IMG/VR virus record: IMGVR_UViG_3300009124_000014
Location: 1 to 56,260 of that record
Direction: 5' to 3' (one strand)
Source: a virus
Taxonomy: Duplodnaviria; Caudoviricetes
DNA length: 56,260 nt
The notes under the pieces were generated by a model. The model was given only the letters and a program-made list of their open reading frames with translations. It did not search any database and was not told the DNA's origin. Position 1 is the stretch's first letter, and every line of letters begins with the position of its first letter. Positions 37,558-47,192 of the stretch are shown here, one piece after another. Both the position numbers and the translations under genes were made by a program.

Positions 37558-37592
37558 CAAACTCAGAGACAACGACAAGAAAAGAGACAAAC

Positions 37593-38267
37593 ATGGGAAT
37601 CTTCGACGAAGACACCAATGATTCGACCGTAGCGGTCGAAGACAGCGACAGCGACATCGACCGTGGAAAGGCACGACGTGTGATCCGTCGTGGCTGGGGC
37701 AATGTCGACAGCACCAAGCAGGCTGACAGCCCGTACGCACAGCGCTTGAAGATCGAGGACAAGCCGGTAGTGGTCAAGTTCCTTGAAGACGAGCCGTACA
37801 CCTCCTTCCGCATGCACTGGGTGGAGCGTCAGGGTCAGAAGTCCTTCACCTGCATCAGCGACATGCACCCTCAGGGTTGCCCTCTGTGTGACGCAGGACA
37901 CCGCCCCTCCGCTCGCTTTGCCTTCAATGTGGCTCTTATGAGCGAGGACGGAGAGACAGTTATCCGTTCCTACGAAGTCGGTCCCCGTGTGATCGATTCT
38001 TTGAAGAACTTCCATCAGGACCCACGTCAGGGTCCACTCCCCAAGCACTACTGGGCGATCAGCCGCAGTGGCAAGGGTCCCACGTCACAGACCAATCACC
38101 AGATGATTCGTGACCGTGATCTGGAGGAGGAGTGGAACATCGAACCGCTCACTGAGGAGCGCATTGAGTCGCTGAAGTCGGAGTCTTACGACGACAGCAT
38201 CGTCCCCATTCCGAACCGCAAGACTCTCGTCACCATTGCGGCAGAGGACATGGATTACGACGACTGA
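37593..38267 (+). CDS. Single-stranded DNA-binding protein (gp32-like)
   Basis: VKFLED, HWV...FTC...CPLC zinc motif, acidic C-terminus; upstream of the polymerase. Confidence 0.78.
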   Translation: MGIFDEDTNDSTVAVEDSDSDIDRGKARRVIRRGWGNVDSTKQADSPYAQRLKIEDKPVVVKFLEDEPYTSFRMHWVERQGQKSFTCISDMHPQGCPLCDAGHRPSARFAFNVALMSEDGETVIRSYEVGPRVIDSLKNFHQDPRQGPLPKHYWAISRSGKGPTSQTNHQMIRDRDLEEEWNIEPLTEERIESLKSESYDDSIVPIPNRKTLVTIAAEDMDYDD

Positions 38268-38268
38268 C

Positions 38269-40365
38269 GTGAACCTCAACAGTGCAGGCGACCAGCGGGG
38301 GCCGAGTGCCCCCGCTGTGTTGTCTATATCGGAGTTATCGACCATTGTCGATATCGTCAAGGAGGAGGGAGCCTTCTCGTTTGACGTAGAAACACGTGGC
38401 AACATTGAGCGTCATGCTGATGTGATGGACCTCGTAGAGCAAGAGTGGATCGCTAAAGAGGCCACCTTGAAGGCCACTCACCCATCAGTGCGTGAGCGCT
38501 CACGTCAGGCCATCGAAGACAAGTGGCGTGGAAACGTAGCCATTGACACCTTGCGTAACGAGGTCTTTTGGATAGGTATCGCCACTCGTAACCACTCTTG
38601 GGCTATCCCTATGGGTCACCCCAACGGTGAAATACTCGTACCGGAAGACAGGGGCGATGGCAGTACCATCCCCCCTGAAGGCTACAGGGCTGTACTTGCT
38701 TCTGGTAAGGAGTCGATGGCTCGTGCAAAGTACTTCATTCCTGCTACGTTCACAGATCCCCCGGAGCAGTTAACACAAGAGCAGGTCTTTACTGCTTTAG
38801 AACCGCTGTTCATGGATGAGGGGATCGTTAAGGTCAATCAGAACATCAAGTTCGATGTGAAGTCAGTGGCTAAGTACTACGGTGGCGAACTACCTAAAGG
38901 TAGGTATATCGACACCATGATCCTCATGCATATCGTGGACGAGAACCTGCCATCGTACAGTCTGAAGAACATCATTGATCGTGTGTACGGCTTTGATCCC
39001 TATCACAGGGACGGCAAGATCGGTAAAACCATCACGACAGAGCCTTTCAGCAAGGCGTGCCGCTACGTTCACTATGACGCCCGTTGGGCTTGGATGCTTT
39101 ACCGGCGTTTGTATAAGTCGATCATGTCGGTGCCGTCTCTGTCTAAGGCTCTTTACCTTGACTTAGATGTCCTTAGTGTCCTTGCACAGATGGAGATGAA
39201 CGGTATCGCCGTCAACCAGCGTGCTATGAAGAATCTCCGCAAGGAACTCGACCTCGACCTCAACACGAAGTTATTGGACATCTCCCAGTACGCCCCCGTC
39301 GGTTTCAATCCTGACAGTAACGCTCACAAGGCCAAGTTCTTGTTCGGTAAGAAGCGTGAGGGCGGTCTTGGTCTGAAGCCGAAAAAGGTGACAGCCAAAG
39401 GTAATCCAAGTGTAGATGACGACTCTTTGAAGTCATTGCAGGGCAAGCACCCCGTCATTGACATGCTGATGGAGTACGCCGAGTTGAAGAAGATGAAGTC
39501 GACGTATGTTGATGGGCTGATCCCACTGCTTCACAGTGGTCGCCTCCATCCCCAGTTCCACTTGCATAGGACTGCTACAGGACGCCTATCCGCTAGTGAC
39601 CCCAATCTTCAGAACATTCCTAGAGACGGTAGGGTTCGTGGATTGTTTGTGGCAGAGCCGGGGAACAGTCTTGTAGTGGCTGACTACTCTCAGATCGAGA
39701 TGCGCATCATGGCTATGTACTCGCAGGACCCTGAGTTGATGAACATCTTTGAGAACAACATCGACGTACACGCCGGTACTGCTAGCGTCATCTTAGGGAA
39801 GCCCCCCGAAGAAGTGACAGGGGAAGAGAGGACGATCTATGGAAAAGTTCCGAACTTCCTCATGGGCTACGGCGGCGGTCCTAAGCGTCTTGTCGATGCT
39901 ACTGGTGGTCAGTTATCTCTTGATGAGGCTCGTGTTGTCGTAGATAACTACAACGCAGGGTACAAAGGTTTGACCTCGTGGAAGGCCAATGTCCTAATGA
40001 AGGCCCGTAAGCAAGGGTACGTTGAGACTATGTACGGTCGTAGACGGAGAGTTCCGGGCCTCTCATCAGATGATTTTGCAGAGAAGTCGAGGTCGGAACG
40101 TCAGGCTATTAACGCTATAGTTCAGGGGACTGCTTCTGAGATATGTAAGGATGCGATGCTCACAGTTAGTTCGGCGTTGCCTTACCCTAAATGCAGGATG
40201 CTGGTGCAGGTGCATGACGAGTTAGTCGTCTCAGTACCCACTGATGAGGTAGTTGAGTGGGCGTCAACCATCGAGAGAGCCATGGGAAATGGTAAGGTGA
40301 TTATGGGAGTTAGTTTGGAAGTCGAAGCACACTTTGCTCAGTCTTGGGCGGAGGCGAAGGGATGA
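38269..40365 (+). CDS. polA: DNA polymerase, family A, with 3'-5' exonuclease domain
   Basis: FDVET, NIKFD, TATGRLSASDPNLQNIP, ADYSQIEMR, KVPNFLMGYG, VQGTA, QVHDEL. Confidence 0.95.
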   Translation: MNLNSAGDQRGPSAPAVLSISELSTIVDIVKEEGAFSFDVETRGNIERHADVMDLVEQEWIAKEATLKATHPSVRERSRQAIEDKWRGNVAIDTLRNEVFWIGIATRNHSWAIPMGHPNGEILVPEDRGDGSTIPPEGYRAVLASGKESMARAKYFIPATFTDPPEQLTQEQVFTALEPLFMDEGIVKVNQNIKFDVKSVAKYYGGELPKGRYIDTMILMHIVDENLPSYSLKNIIDRVYGFDPYHRDGKIGKTITTEPFSKACRYVHYDARWAWMLYRRLYKSIMSVPSLSKALYLDLDVLSVLAQMEMNGIAVNQRAMKNLRKELDLDLNTKLLDISQYAPVGFNPDSNAHKAKFLFGKKREGGLGLKPKKVTAKGNPSVDDDSLKSLQGKHPVIDMLMEYAELKKMKSTYVDGLIPLLHSGRLHPQFHLHRTATGRLSASDPNLQNIPRDGRVRGLFVAEPGNSLVVADYSQIEMRIMAMYSQDPELMNIFENNIDVHAGTASVILGKPPEEVTGEERTIYGKVPNFLMGYGGGPKRLVDATGGQLSLDEARVVVDNYNAGYKGLTSWKANVLMKARKQGYVETMYGRRRRVPGLSSDDFAEKSRSERQAINAIVQGTASEICKDAMLTVSSALPYPKCRMLVQVHDELVVSVPTDEVVEWASTIERAMGNGKVIMGVSLEVEAHFAQSWAEAKG

Positions 40366-40829
40366 TTATGCACGATGAAGAAGCCCGCAGGCTGAGCCAG
40401 CGTAACTTTTACTTGCGACTATCACCCTTCGGCGGGCACGACATCGCTAATGACGAGGCTGGGTTTATGACTCCAGCCGATGACATCATGGAAGCGGAGA
40501 TGCGTGATGTGCTGGCTCTGTGGCTGTCTTTGCAACAAGGCAAAGCAGGAGAAATTATCGCTAACTGTGCGTGGTGGATGAACCAGTACATGGACCCGGA
40601 CAGGAAGTTTGACGCTAATACAGGCGTTGAGCATTTAGATAAGTTGACTTCCTACGGTGTCGCACTTATTGGGTTGCTGATGGATGCTGGTGTCATAGAG
40701 TTGGTTGACAAGCCAGATATTCCAGACATCATGCTTTCTTCAGCCACAGACTTCGACTTTACTCAGTTAGACTTTTTGAATAAGTTAGAAGAAATCTGGA
40801 ACTCGGAGGAGGACAGTGATGACAAATAA
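40362..40829 (+). CDS. Hypothetical protein
   Basis: ATGA overlap with polA; typical codon usage. Confidence 0.7.
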   Translation: MIMHDEEARRLSQRNFYLRLSPFGGHDIANDEAGFMTPADDIMEAEMRDVLALWLSLQQGKAGEIIANCAWWMNQYMDPDRKFDANTGVEHLDKLTSYGVALIGLLMDAGVIELVDKPDIPDIMLSSATDFDFTQLDFLNKLEEIWNSEEDSDDK

Positions 40830-41271
40830 CGCCTCGTGGTGGGCTAACAAGTTAGGGCAGACACAACCTGCACGGCACGGTATTACAGTCGCCCCAGCAC
40901 AGCCTCAGCCGGTTCAGCAACCACAACAGGTACAGCCTGTACAACAGCAACCGCAAGCACCTGCACCACAGCCGACTATGGAGGGCGTGCCTCTGAACCA
41001 AGGAGAACGCCAGCAGGTTCTGGACCCTAATCGTGCCGCTAACGCTGAGATCAGTATGAGTGAGGCTATGCGGTTGTGGCGTGGTGGTGAGGCTCACCGT
41101 ACTGAAGGTAATATGGCATGCCCTGCCTGCGGTAGCGCTACCGGCTATACTGCGTACTCCGGTATGGGAGCAGGTGCCGCCCGTGTCAACGGGCAGACTC
41201 CTCGCCCCCACTGCTTTGAGTGTGGGTACAACGGAGCCTACTCACAAGGGCTGGAGTCCAGTTGGGCTTAG
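40819..41271 (+). CDS. Hypothetical protein with Gln/Pro linker and zinc ribbon
   Basis: GGAGGAGG RBS; CPACGS...CFECGY. Confidence 0.75.
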   Translation: MTNNASWWANKLGQTQPARHGITVAPAQPQPVQQPQQVQPVQQQPQAPAPQPTMEGVPLNQGERQQVLDPNRAANAEISMSEAMRLWRGGEAHRTEGNMACPACGSATGYTAYSGMGAGAARVNGQTPRPHCFECGYNGAYSQGLESSWA

Positions 41272-41298
41272 ATCGAACATAACAACTAAGGGGAATAA

Positions 41299-42318
41299 GT
41301 GGAGCACAAAAGCATCGAAGAACTAGCAGCAGAAATCCAGAAGAAGTATGGGGAACACGTACTGGTAAAGGGTAGTGATGCACGTCAGGAGACGGTACAT
41401 ACCCCCACAGGTATCCTCGCTTACGATCTCGCTCTGGGTGGCGGTTGGGCCGCTAACCAGTGGAATGAGATCATTGGAGAAGAGTCGTCGGGTAAGACGG
41501 CCATTGCGTATAAGACCATTGCTACCAATCAGGCTCGTGATCCAGAGTGGAAGGCTCTGTGGATTGCAGCCGAAGAGTACGTACCTGAGTACGCCGCATC
41601 CTTTGGCGTGGACTTAGACCGGCTTTGGGTCGTAGAGAGCAACGAGATGGAATCTACTCTTGAGTTCATCCTCACCGCTGTCGAGAACCGTGCTGTCGAC
41701 TGCGTCATCATTGACTCGATTCCTGCACTCGTACCTGATCGTGAGGTCGAGAAGAACATGGACGAGGCAACGGTCGGCGTAGGGGCTTTGTTGCTGGGTA
41801 AGTTCTTCCGCAAGTGCGCAAAGGCACAGCGCCGCCATGAGGGTGAGCGTGACGTAACGCTGATTGCCATCAACCAGTGGCGTGACAAGATCGGAGTCAT
41901 GTACGGTGACCCTCGTACGACGCCCGGAGGTAAGGCTAAGAACTACTTCTACTTCACTCGGGTCGAAGTGCGCCGTGACGAATGGCTCAGCGAAGGGTCC
42001 AAGTTGGACAGTCGTGTTGGCCAGTCGATCAAGATGCGTGTCATCAAGAACAAGACCTACCGCCCTCAGCAGATTGCTGTAACTGACTTCTACTTTGCAG
42101 ACACGGTTGGGTTCCGTATGGGGGACTTTGACGTGGTTAAAGACATCGTAAACGTCGCCCTCGCTCTGGAGTTGTTTGAAGGACGCTACAAGTTTGAGGG
42201 CGAGAGGATTGCCAGCAAGAAGGATGAACTGTACGATATGGTTCGTCAGGACTTAGGCTTGCAGGAACGTATCCGTCAGGCCGCAGTGAAAGCAGTATTT
42301 GGAGCAGAAGATGAGTGA
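41299..42318 (+). CDS. recA: RecA/UvsX-like recombinase
   Basis: DLALGGG, GEESSGKT, IIDSIPAL, INQWRDKIGVMYGDPRTTPGGKA. Confidence 0.95.
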   Translation: MEHKSIEELAAEIQKKYGEHVLVKGSDARQETVHTPTGILAYDLALGGGWAANQWNEIIGEESSGKTAIAYKTIATNQARDPEWKALWIAAEEYVPEYAASFGVDLDRLWVVESNEMESTLEFILTAVENRAVDCVIIDSIPALVPDREVEKNMDEATVGVGALLLGKFFRKCAKAQRRHEGERDVTLIAINQWRDKIGVMYGDPRTTPGGKAKNYFYFTRVEVRRDEWLSEGSKLDSRVGQSIKMRVIKNKTYRPQQIAVTDFYFADTVGFRMGDFDVVKDIVNVALALELFEGRYKFEGERIASKKDELYDMVRQDLGLQERIRQAAVKAVFGAEDE

Positions 42319-42610
42319 CACATATACACGTAACAGGGACTGGGCTGACAGTGAGCACAACCCATTCAGGGATATGAAGGGAGCCATGTCGGACCGCTCA
42401 GGTGTACGGCCTGCCCCTGTTCAGGGTCGTCTGTTCGATCCCGACAAATACACCGACACCCCTTCCTCGCAGAAGACTCTGGAGCAGGTCAAAGAGATCA
42501 AGGCCGAGGTAGCAGAGATCAAGAAGATGTTTGAGGAGTTTCGTGAGATTCTCGACACGCAGGCTGAGGCGATCCGTGAGATAACCGAGATACTCATCGA
42601 CAATGAGTGA
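42311..42610 (+). CDS. Hypothetical coiled-coil protein
   Basis: Coupled ORF; heptad-like C-terminus. Confidence 0.65.
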   Translation: MSDTYTRNRDWADSEHNPFRDMKGAMSDRSGVRPAPVQGRLFDPDKYTDTPSSQKTLEQVKEIKAEVAEIKKMFEEFREILDTQAEAIREITEILIDNE

Positions 42611-42929
42611 CTCTGGTAAAAAGTCCAAACAGCAAGAAGAGCGCACGGCTAAGTCCTACAAGGGTAGCCGTAACGCCATGTCAGGTGCAGGCTGGGTTAG
42701 GAAGGCCGATGTTCGCACCGAGGACTTTATGATCGAGAATAAGTTGAAGATGGACCCTAAGGCTAAGTCGTACAGCCTGAAGGCCGTCGACCTACGTGAC
42801 CTAGTAAAGAGGGCACGGTTAGAGGGGCGAATCCCTCTCATGCAGATTGACTTGGCAGGCCATAGGTATGTAGTGTTGGCCGAGGACGACTTTTTGGAGA
42901 TGATTGGTGAGGACGATAATCAGGACTAG
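42603..42929 (+). CDS. PD-(D/E)xK nuclease, putative Holliday junction resolvase
   Basis: QEERTAK...SGAGW..KADV...IENK pattern. Confidence 0.78.
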   Translation: MSDSGKKSKQQEERTAKSYKGSRNAMSGAGWVRKADVRTEDFMIENKLKMDPKAKSYSLKAVDLRDLVKRARLEGRIPLMQIDLAGHRYVVLAEDDFLEMIGEDDNQD

Positions 42930-43299
42930 CAACACGTTGGGCGACATGACTGAGCGCTCATACCAGATCAATAGATACCTACACCACGCTGGTGAGTACG
43001 GGTGTACATGGCAGGACATCGCTGACCGTATGGGTACCCACCACGGTACGGCCTCCGGGGCGCTATCAGTCATGCACAAAAACAAGGAGATCGCTCGCCT
43101 CAAGGATAAGCGTAACGGTTCCTCTATCTACGTTCTTCCTCAGTACGTCAAGGGGCGTGCAACCTCATCGTACCGCTCCAGTGCTGCTAAACGTGCTCTG
43201 CTTGAGTTGGTAGATCAGATAGAAGCCGACCTTGACAGGGGCGACTACGATGCCGCATACCGACACCTACAGGAAACGAGAGACAAGTTCAATGACTGA
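42907..43299 (+). CDS. Winged-helix DNA-binding protein (start 42907 or 42946)
   Basis: GCTWQDIADRMGTHHGTASGALSVMHK HTH-like segment. Confidence 0.7.
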   Translation: MRTIIRTSNTLGDMTERSYQINRYLHHAGEYGCTWQDIADRMGTHHGTASGALSVMHKNKEIARLKDKRNGSSIYVLPQYVKGRATSSYRSSAAKRALLELVDQIEADLDRGDYDAAYRHLQETRDKFND

Positions 43300-44176
43300 C
43301 CAACCGTGGTACATGAAGAACTATCAGGAGCAGTTTAGTGCTCGTAGCACTATGCGTGTTCTTCCCAAGATCGAGACTGCTCTTGCTCTAGAACAGGCAG
43401 AGCGCAACTCGCACCGTGACACCGATCATTTCCACTCCAGTGAGATGGCGAAGGAGAACTGGTGCCCCCTATCTTCTTGGTACAAGATCACAGGAGAGGA
43501 AGAGAGTGATCCTCAGTCGTTCAGCCTTTCTCGCATGAACATCTTTGCTGAAGGTCACAACATCCACGATAAGTGGCAGAGGTGGATGTGGCGTGCCGGT
43601 GGCCTGTGGGGCAACTGGTTGTGCCAGACCTGTGAGTACAAGTGGGAAGACCGTTCTCCCAGCATGTGCCCCCTCTGTTCTTCAGATGACGTTGGTTACA
43701 GGGAGGTACCTCTCAGCAGTGACCGTTATCAGATTGTCGGCCACGCAGACGGAGTGTGGGAAGACGACAAGGGTAAGGCTGTCATCGAGATCAAGTCAGT
43801 TGGACTAGGTACTATTCGCTGGGACGCCCCTAAGTTGTACGAAGGGTACGACAAAGGTGACCTCTCTTTAGATGACCTTTGGAAGAAGATTAAACGCCCT
43901 CTGAAGGCACACATTCGTCAGGTCAACCTGTACATGATGTGCCTCGGGATCGAGGATGCTGTTGTAATTTACGAGTGGAAGCCCTCGCAGGACGTGAAGG
44001 AGTTCCATCTGAAGTACGACGAAGCGCTCATTTCAGACATCTTGGTCGGCATCGACGACGTTCTCGACTGCATGAAGGCAGGCGTAAAACCAAACCGGCC
44101 TGTGACGGCGACACACAAAAGTTGCAGTATGTGTAAGTTCTGTAACTACAAGAGCAGATGTTGGAGTAGCAAATGA
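43292..44176 (+). CDS. Cas4/AddB-like PD-(D/E)xK exonuclease
   Basis: N-terminal Cys (WCP), GHNIH, GHADG, IEIKS, QVNLY, C-terminal CKFCNYKSRC; inserted CQTC/CPLC ribbon. Confidence 0.88.
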   Translation: MTDQPWYMKNYQEQFSARSTMRVLPKIETALALEQAERNSHRDTDHFHSSEMAKENWCPLSSWYKITGEEESDPQSFSLSRMNIFAEGHNIHDKWQRWMWRAGGLWGNWLCQTCEYKWEDRSPSMCPLCSSDDVGYREVPLSSDRYQIVGHADGVWEDDKGKAVIEIKSVGLGTIRWDAPKLYEGYDKGDLSLDDLWKKIKRPLKAHIRQVNLYMMCLGIEDAVVIYEWKPSQDVKEFHLKYDEALISDILVGIDDVLDCMKAGVKPNRPVTATHKSCSMCKFCNYKSRCWSSK

Positions 44177-44406
44177 TGACGTATCACGTTGATTACGATG
44201 AATGGGTAAAGTACGGACAGCAGAGGGGTTGGATTGGCCCCCTCGTCTGCTCTACCCACGACGGTATCCCCATGTCAGAAGAGGAAGAAGAAGAGTGGGA
44301 AGAGGGTAACGACCCCTGTCAGTGGATCTTCCGTCGCTACGACAATGATTCTCATAAGTTCTCCGTAGAGAACAACCACGCACCTAGCCGCTGGAGGAAC
44401 CTGTGA
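44173..44406 (+). CDS. Hypothetical protein
   Basis: Coupled ORF; GWIGPLVCSTHDGIP...DPC motif. Confidence 0.7.
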   Translation: MMTYHVDYDEWVKYGQQRGWIGPLVCSTHDGIPMSEEEEEEWEEGNDPCQWIFRRYDNDSHKFSVENNHAPSRWRNL

Positions 44407-44630
44407 TTTCTAACGATACTCGATCACGGCGCTACCGCAAGGCTATGGCTCTTAAAGAGCAGTTAGGATTCACCACTGAAGAGCGTCACGAACTTGCGCT
44501 GATGCTCCCTCGTGTCGACAAGGACGATGGAGGATCGTGGAAGGAATTAGACGAAAACCAACTTCACGACCTCATTACCATGATGGAGGGGTACATATGG
44601 ATAACGTACATGATGATGCAAAGGACGTAG
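44403..44630 (+). CDS. Hypothetical protein
   Basis: GTGA overlap; GGAGG RBS. Confidence 0.65.
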   Translation: MISNDTRSRRYRKAMALKEQLGFTTEERHELALMLPRVDKDDGGSWKELDENQLHDLITMMEGYIWITYMMMQRT

Positions 44631-44788
44631 TCTGCGAGGGGTCAGGTACCCCCGGCTTCGTCAATCTCTCGATAGGAGAGAACGGTAAATCATTCAGGTA
44701 CTACAGGTGTGGTACCTGCGGGGCGTTCCTCCCTTACACCCCGTTGAAAGCCCACCTACCAATTAACCGCATCCATGGCAATCGGTAG
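44597..44788 (+). CDS. Small zinc-ribbon protein
   Basis: GGAGGGG RBS; CEGSG...CGTCG...H. Confidence 0.55.
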   Translation: MDNVHDDAKDVVCEGSGTPGFVNLSIGENGKSFRYYRCGTCGAFLPYTPLKAHLPINRIHGNR

Positions 44789-44996
44789 CGCCCCCGAGAT
44801 CGGTAAGGAGTTCCTTACAGGGGGCAAAGTTCACTACCCATGGATTATCGACGGGGTGCAACACCAGTTGATGCTTGGAGATAGTAAGGTGGTGTACGTC
44901 AAAGGGCGACCCGACAACATCTACCCTGCTGGAGATGAGTGGGAGTATTCGGAAGGTGGCTCATGGGAACCAGCGTATGGAGACGTAGATGGGTAA
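44775..44996 (+). CDS. Hypothetical protein
   Basis: Fills the gap with short overlaps on both sides. Confidence 0.55.
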   Translation: MAIGSAPEIGKEFLTGGKVHYPWIIDGVQHQLMLGDSKVVYVKGRPDNIYPAGDEWEYSEGGSWEPAYGDVDG

Positions 44997-45357
44997 CAGG
45001 AACAAGGCTAAGGGGACATCGTTTGAGACGCTTATCGTCAGGTATCTACGATCTCGCAGTTTTAAGAAGGCTTTTCGGCCTAGTTTGTCTGGTAAGTATG
45101 ACAGCGGTGACATCAACGGTATTGCTAGCCCTCGCCGTCAAGCAATCATCCAGTGCAAGAATCAGAAGAAGTTCAACCTCTCAGGATGGCTCAATGATGC
45201 TGTATCGCAGGCACAGCAGGAGGAAGTCGGGGGGAACGCTCTACCAATCTTGGTAGTCAAACGACCCGGAGTTGGAGAGAAGTCCGTGGGAGAGACGTAC
45301 GCAGTAATGCGTCTAGAGGACGTTTCTAACCTCCTCAAAGAGGCTGGTTACAACTAG
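44989..45357 (+). CDS. Holliday junction resolvase (Hjc-like PD-(D/E)xK)
   Basis: NKAKGTSFE, DSGDI, IIQCKNQK, LVVKRPG. Confidence 0.85.
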   Translation: MGNRNKAKGTSFETLIVRYLRSRSFKKAFRPSLSGKYDSGDINGIASPRRQAIIQCKNQKKFNLSGWLNDAVSQAQQEEVGGNALPILVVKRPGVGEKSVGETYAVMRLEDVSNLLKEAGYN

Positions 45358-45399
45358 TATAGTGTTGTCAGCACAACTGTCTAACACAAGGAGTCCATC

Positions 45400-45678
45400 A
45401 TGGCAGATAATGACGATGTTATCAAGGTGTCCGGGTCCAGTAACCCATCGTCCGTAGGGTCTATTCTAGCGAGAGCAATTGTTGCTGGAGAGTCCCCAAA
45501 GATGCGTGCTATTGGTGCATCTGCGGTCAATCAAGCCTCCAAGGCGTGCGCTATCGCCCGTGGTTTTGTAGCCCCCCGAGGCATCGACCTCGCCTTTGTC
45601 ATCGGTTTTGACGACATTCAGGGTGATACAGGTGACACAATCTCTAGCGTGACGTGGAAACCCATCGCCCGTAAGTGA
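45400..45678 (+). CDS. spoVS: SpoVS family protein
   Basis: IKVSGSSNPSSV...AIGASAVNQASKACAIARGFVAPRGIDL closely matches the SpoVS signature; AAGGAG RBS. Confidence 0.92.
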   Translation: MADNDDVIKVSGSSNPSSVGSILARAIVAGESPKMRAIGASAVNQASKACAIARGFVAPRGIDLAFVIGFDDIQGDTGDTISSVTWKPIARK

Positions 45679-45696
45679 TTGTGATACCATACTGGC

Positions 45697-45837
45697 ATGC
45701 ACAAAGAGCATGAACCAGACCTTCTCCAAGACCTTGAAGATGATGATCTAGACGACAAAATACCTGCACGATACAGGGATTTATTGGAGTCTGATTCGTT
45801 TGAGAAGTTTAGGAAATCCTCAGATTGGTGGGACTGA
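45697..45837 (+). CDS. Small acidic protein (46 aa), probably leaderless, not in the ORF track
   Basis: TGATACCAT extended -10 six nt upstream of ATG; MHKEHEPDLLQDLEDDDLDD... Confidence 0.55.
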   Translation: MHKEHEPDLLQDLEDDDLDDKIPARYRDLLESDSFEKFRKSSDWWD

Positions 45838-45995
45838 TGCTAGTAGATCGCCCCAAACCTCCTATGAAAGCCGAGCAAGACAAGAAGAAGGCTGAGATGT
45901 CACGTACTGACACCCGGCCTATTTCTACTGTCGGTGGTCAAGGCGGATCTTTGATGGCGTTTACTTCTGGTGCCCAAGTTATGAGCGGGCGATGA
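45837..45995 (+). CDS. Small hypothetical protein (52 aa), not in the ORF track
   Basis: TGATG coupling upstream and ATGA coupling downstream; MLVDRPKPPMKAEQDKKK... Confidence 0.6.
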   Translation: MLVDRPKPPMKAEQDKKKAEMSRTDTRPISTVGGQGGSLMAFTSGAQVMSGR

Positions 45996-46483
45996 ACAGT
46001 TACACGTTCAGCAACTGGGCAGGCGGGTACGACCCTGCCGGAGGTGAATCTCAGCCAGTATTGGGTCCCTCTCCCATGTTTAGGGACGCTAAGGATCGTC
46101 GTTTGGCGGCTTTTGGGGCGACTCCAGACACGCAGCACCCAGACGGTTATCTGGGCACCATGTCCAGCAACCGCCGTCAAGATAAGTTGCTCAATTCCGT
46201 CAAGCGTCAGAACCATCGTTCATACAGCCGAGGCGTACATAAGGGTGAGCGCATCAACCCCGGTGACTATTTGTGGCCTGAGGAGTTCAACTTGACGACC
46301 GGCTTGGAATTACAGGCAAAGGGTGAGAAGTTTGCTCCTCCCGGTGCAGAACCGATTAGACTAACTAATGATGGCAAGGCAGGTCCTCGTGGTATTCCTC
46401 GCGGCATCGAGCGGACCCAACAAGAACAGATCGACATGCAGAGGCGTTCAATGCTGAAACGTCTCACACCTAGTTGGAGGTAA
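45992..46483 (+). CDS. Hypothetical protein
   Basis: Coupled ORF; PDGYLGT and RGVHKGERI segments. Confidence 0.75.
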   Translation: MNSYTFSNWAGGYDPAGGESQPVLGPSPMFRDAKDRRLAAFGATPDTQHPDGYLGTMSSNRRQDKLLNSVKRQNHRSYSRGVHKGERINPGDYLWPEEFNLTTGLELQAKGEKFAPPGAEPIRLTNDGKAGPRGIPRGIERTQQEQIDMQRRSMLKRLTPSWR

Positions 46484-46488
46484 TAGGT

Positions 46489-46899
46489 ATGCCACATTCA
46501 CCAGATCATATGAACCAAGGTGCCGGTGAGGCACGTGATTCTAACGTCCAGAATGTGATGAATACGTACGGCGTTGAGGAGCACAACGTCGATACGTTTG
46601 GAGTTGGGCACTTGGCCCGACGTGGAAAATCCGTATTGAATCCTGCTAACATCACAAAGAACGCAGTAAGGGTGGCGCGTACCGAAGGAGACACCGCTTA
46701 CGGCGAGGATGGTGGCTCATACCACCTACAAGAGGGGACTTTAACCGGCCCCGGTGCTGACCCATCTGCGTTTGTCGGTAAATTGGTGAATTTCACAGGT
46801 CGTACTGATGAGGCTACTAACTTTGGTGGTAAATCACGACGTACAGTAACCGGCTGGAACATGTCTGGCCCCCTCATGGAGCAGGAGGATAAGAAATGA
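46489..46899 (+). CDS. Hypothetical protein
   Basis: GGAGG RBS; Gly-rich. Confidence 0.7.
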   Translation: MPHSPDHMNQGAGEARDSNVQNVMNTYGVEEHNVDTFGVGHLARRGKSVLNPANITKNAVRVARTEGDTAYGEDGGSYHLQEGTLTGPGADPSAFVGKLVNFTGRTDEATNFGGKSRRTVTGWNMSGPLMEQEDKK

Positions 46900-47189
46900 G
46901 CGACGACGCAAACCCAGAGGGCATCGACCGTGCCCCTATTAACAATTTTCTACGTAGGCACAAGGGTTACGGGATGGAGCAGTCGAAAGCATCTTTCCCG
47001 TTGCCGTCTATCCACGCTAAAAAGGGTGGCAACTTTGTAAAGCCGTCTGACGACCCCAACGTGACTCAGACTGGTGCTATTTACGATGCCGAGAAGGAGC
47101 CGGGTGGCTTCAAGCATGAGAAGACCGGGTTCACTCGCGGTAAGCAGCACGGCGTGTATGACTGGGCCAAGGAGCCGAAAGAGAAGTAA
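46896..47189 (+). CDS. Hypothetical protein
   Basis: AGGAGG RBS; ATGA overlap; Lys/Gly/Pro-rich. Confidence 0.7.
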   Translation: MSDDANPEGIDRAPINNFLRRHKGYGMEQSKASFPLPSIHAKKGGNFVKPSDDPNVTQTGAIYDAEKEPGGFKHEKTGFTRGKQHGVYDWAKEPKEK

Positions 47190-47192
47190 AGC

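Noticed and set aside
38269-40365. Intein or intron in the polymerase (also checked helicase and RecA)
   Set aside because: Reading frames are continuous, and no intein-like splice termini or homing endonuclease motifs were seen.
43292-44176. Cas4-like gene as a sign of a CRISPR-Cas system
   Set aside because: No repeat-spacer array or other cas genes in the window; stand-alone Cas4-like nucleases are common in phage recombination modules.
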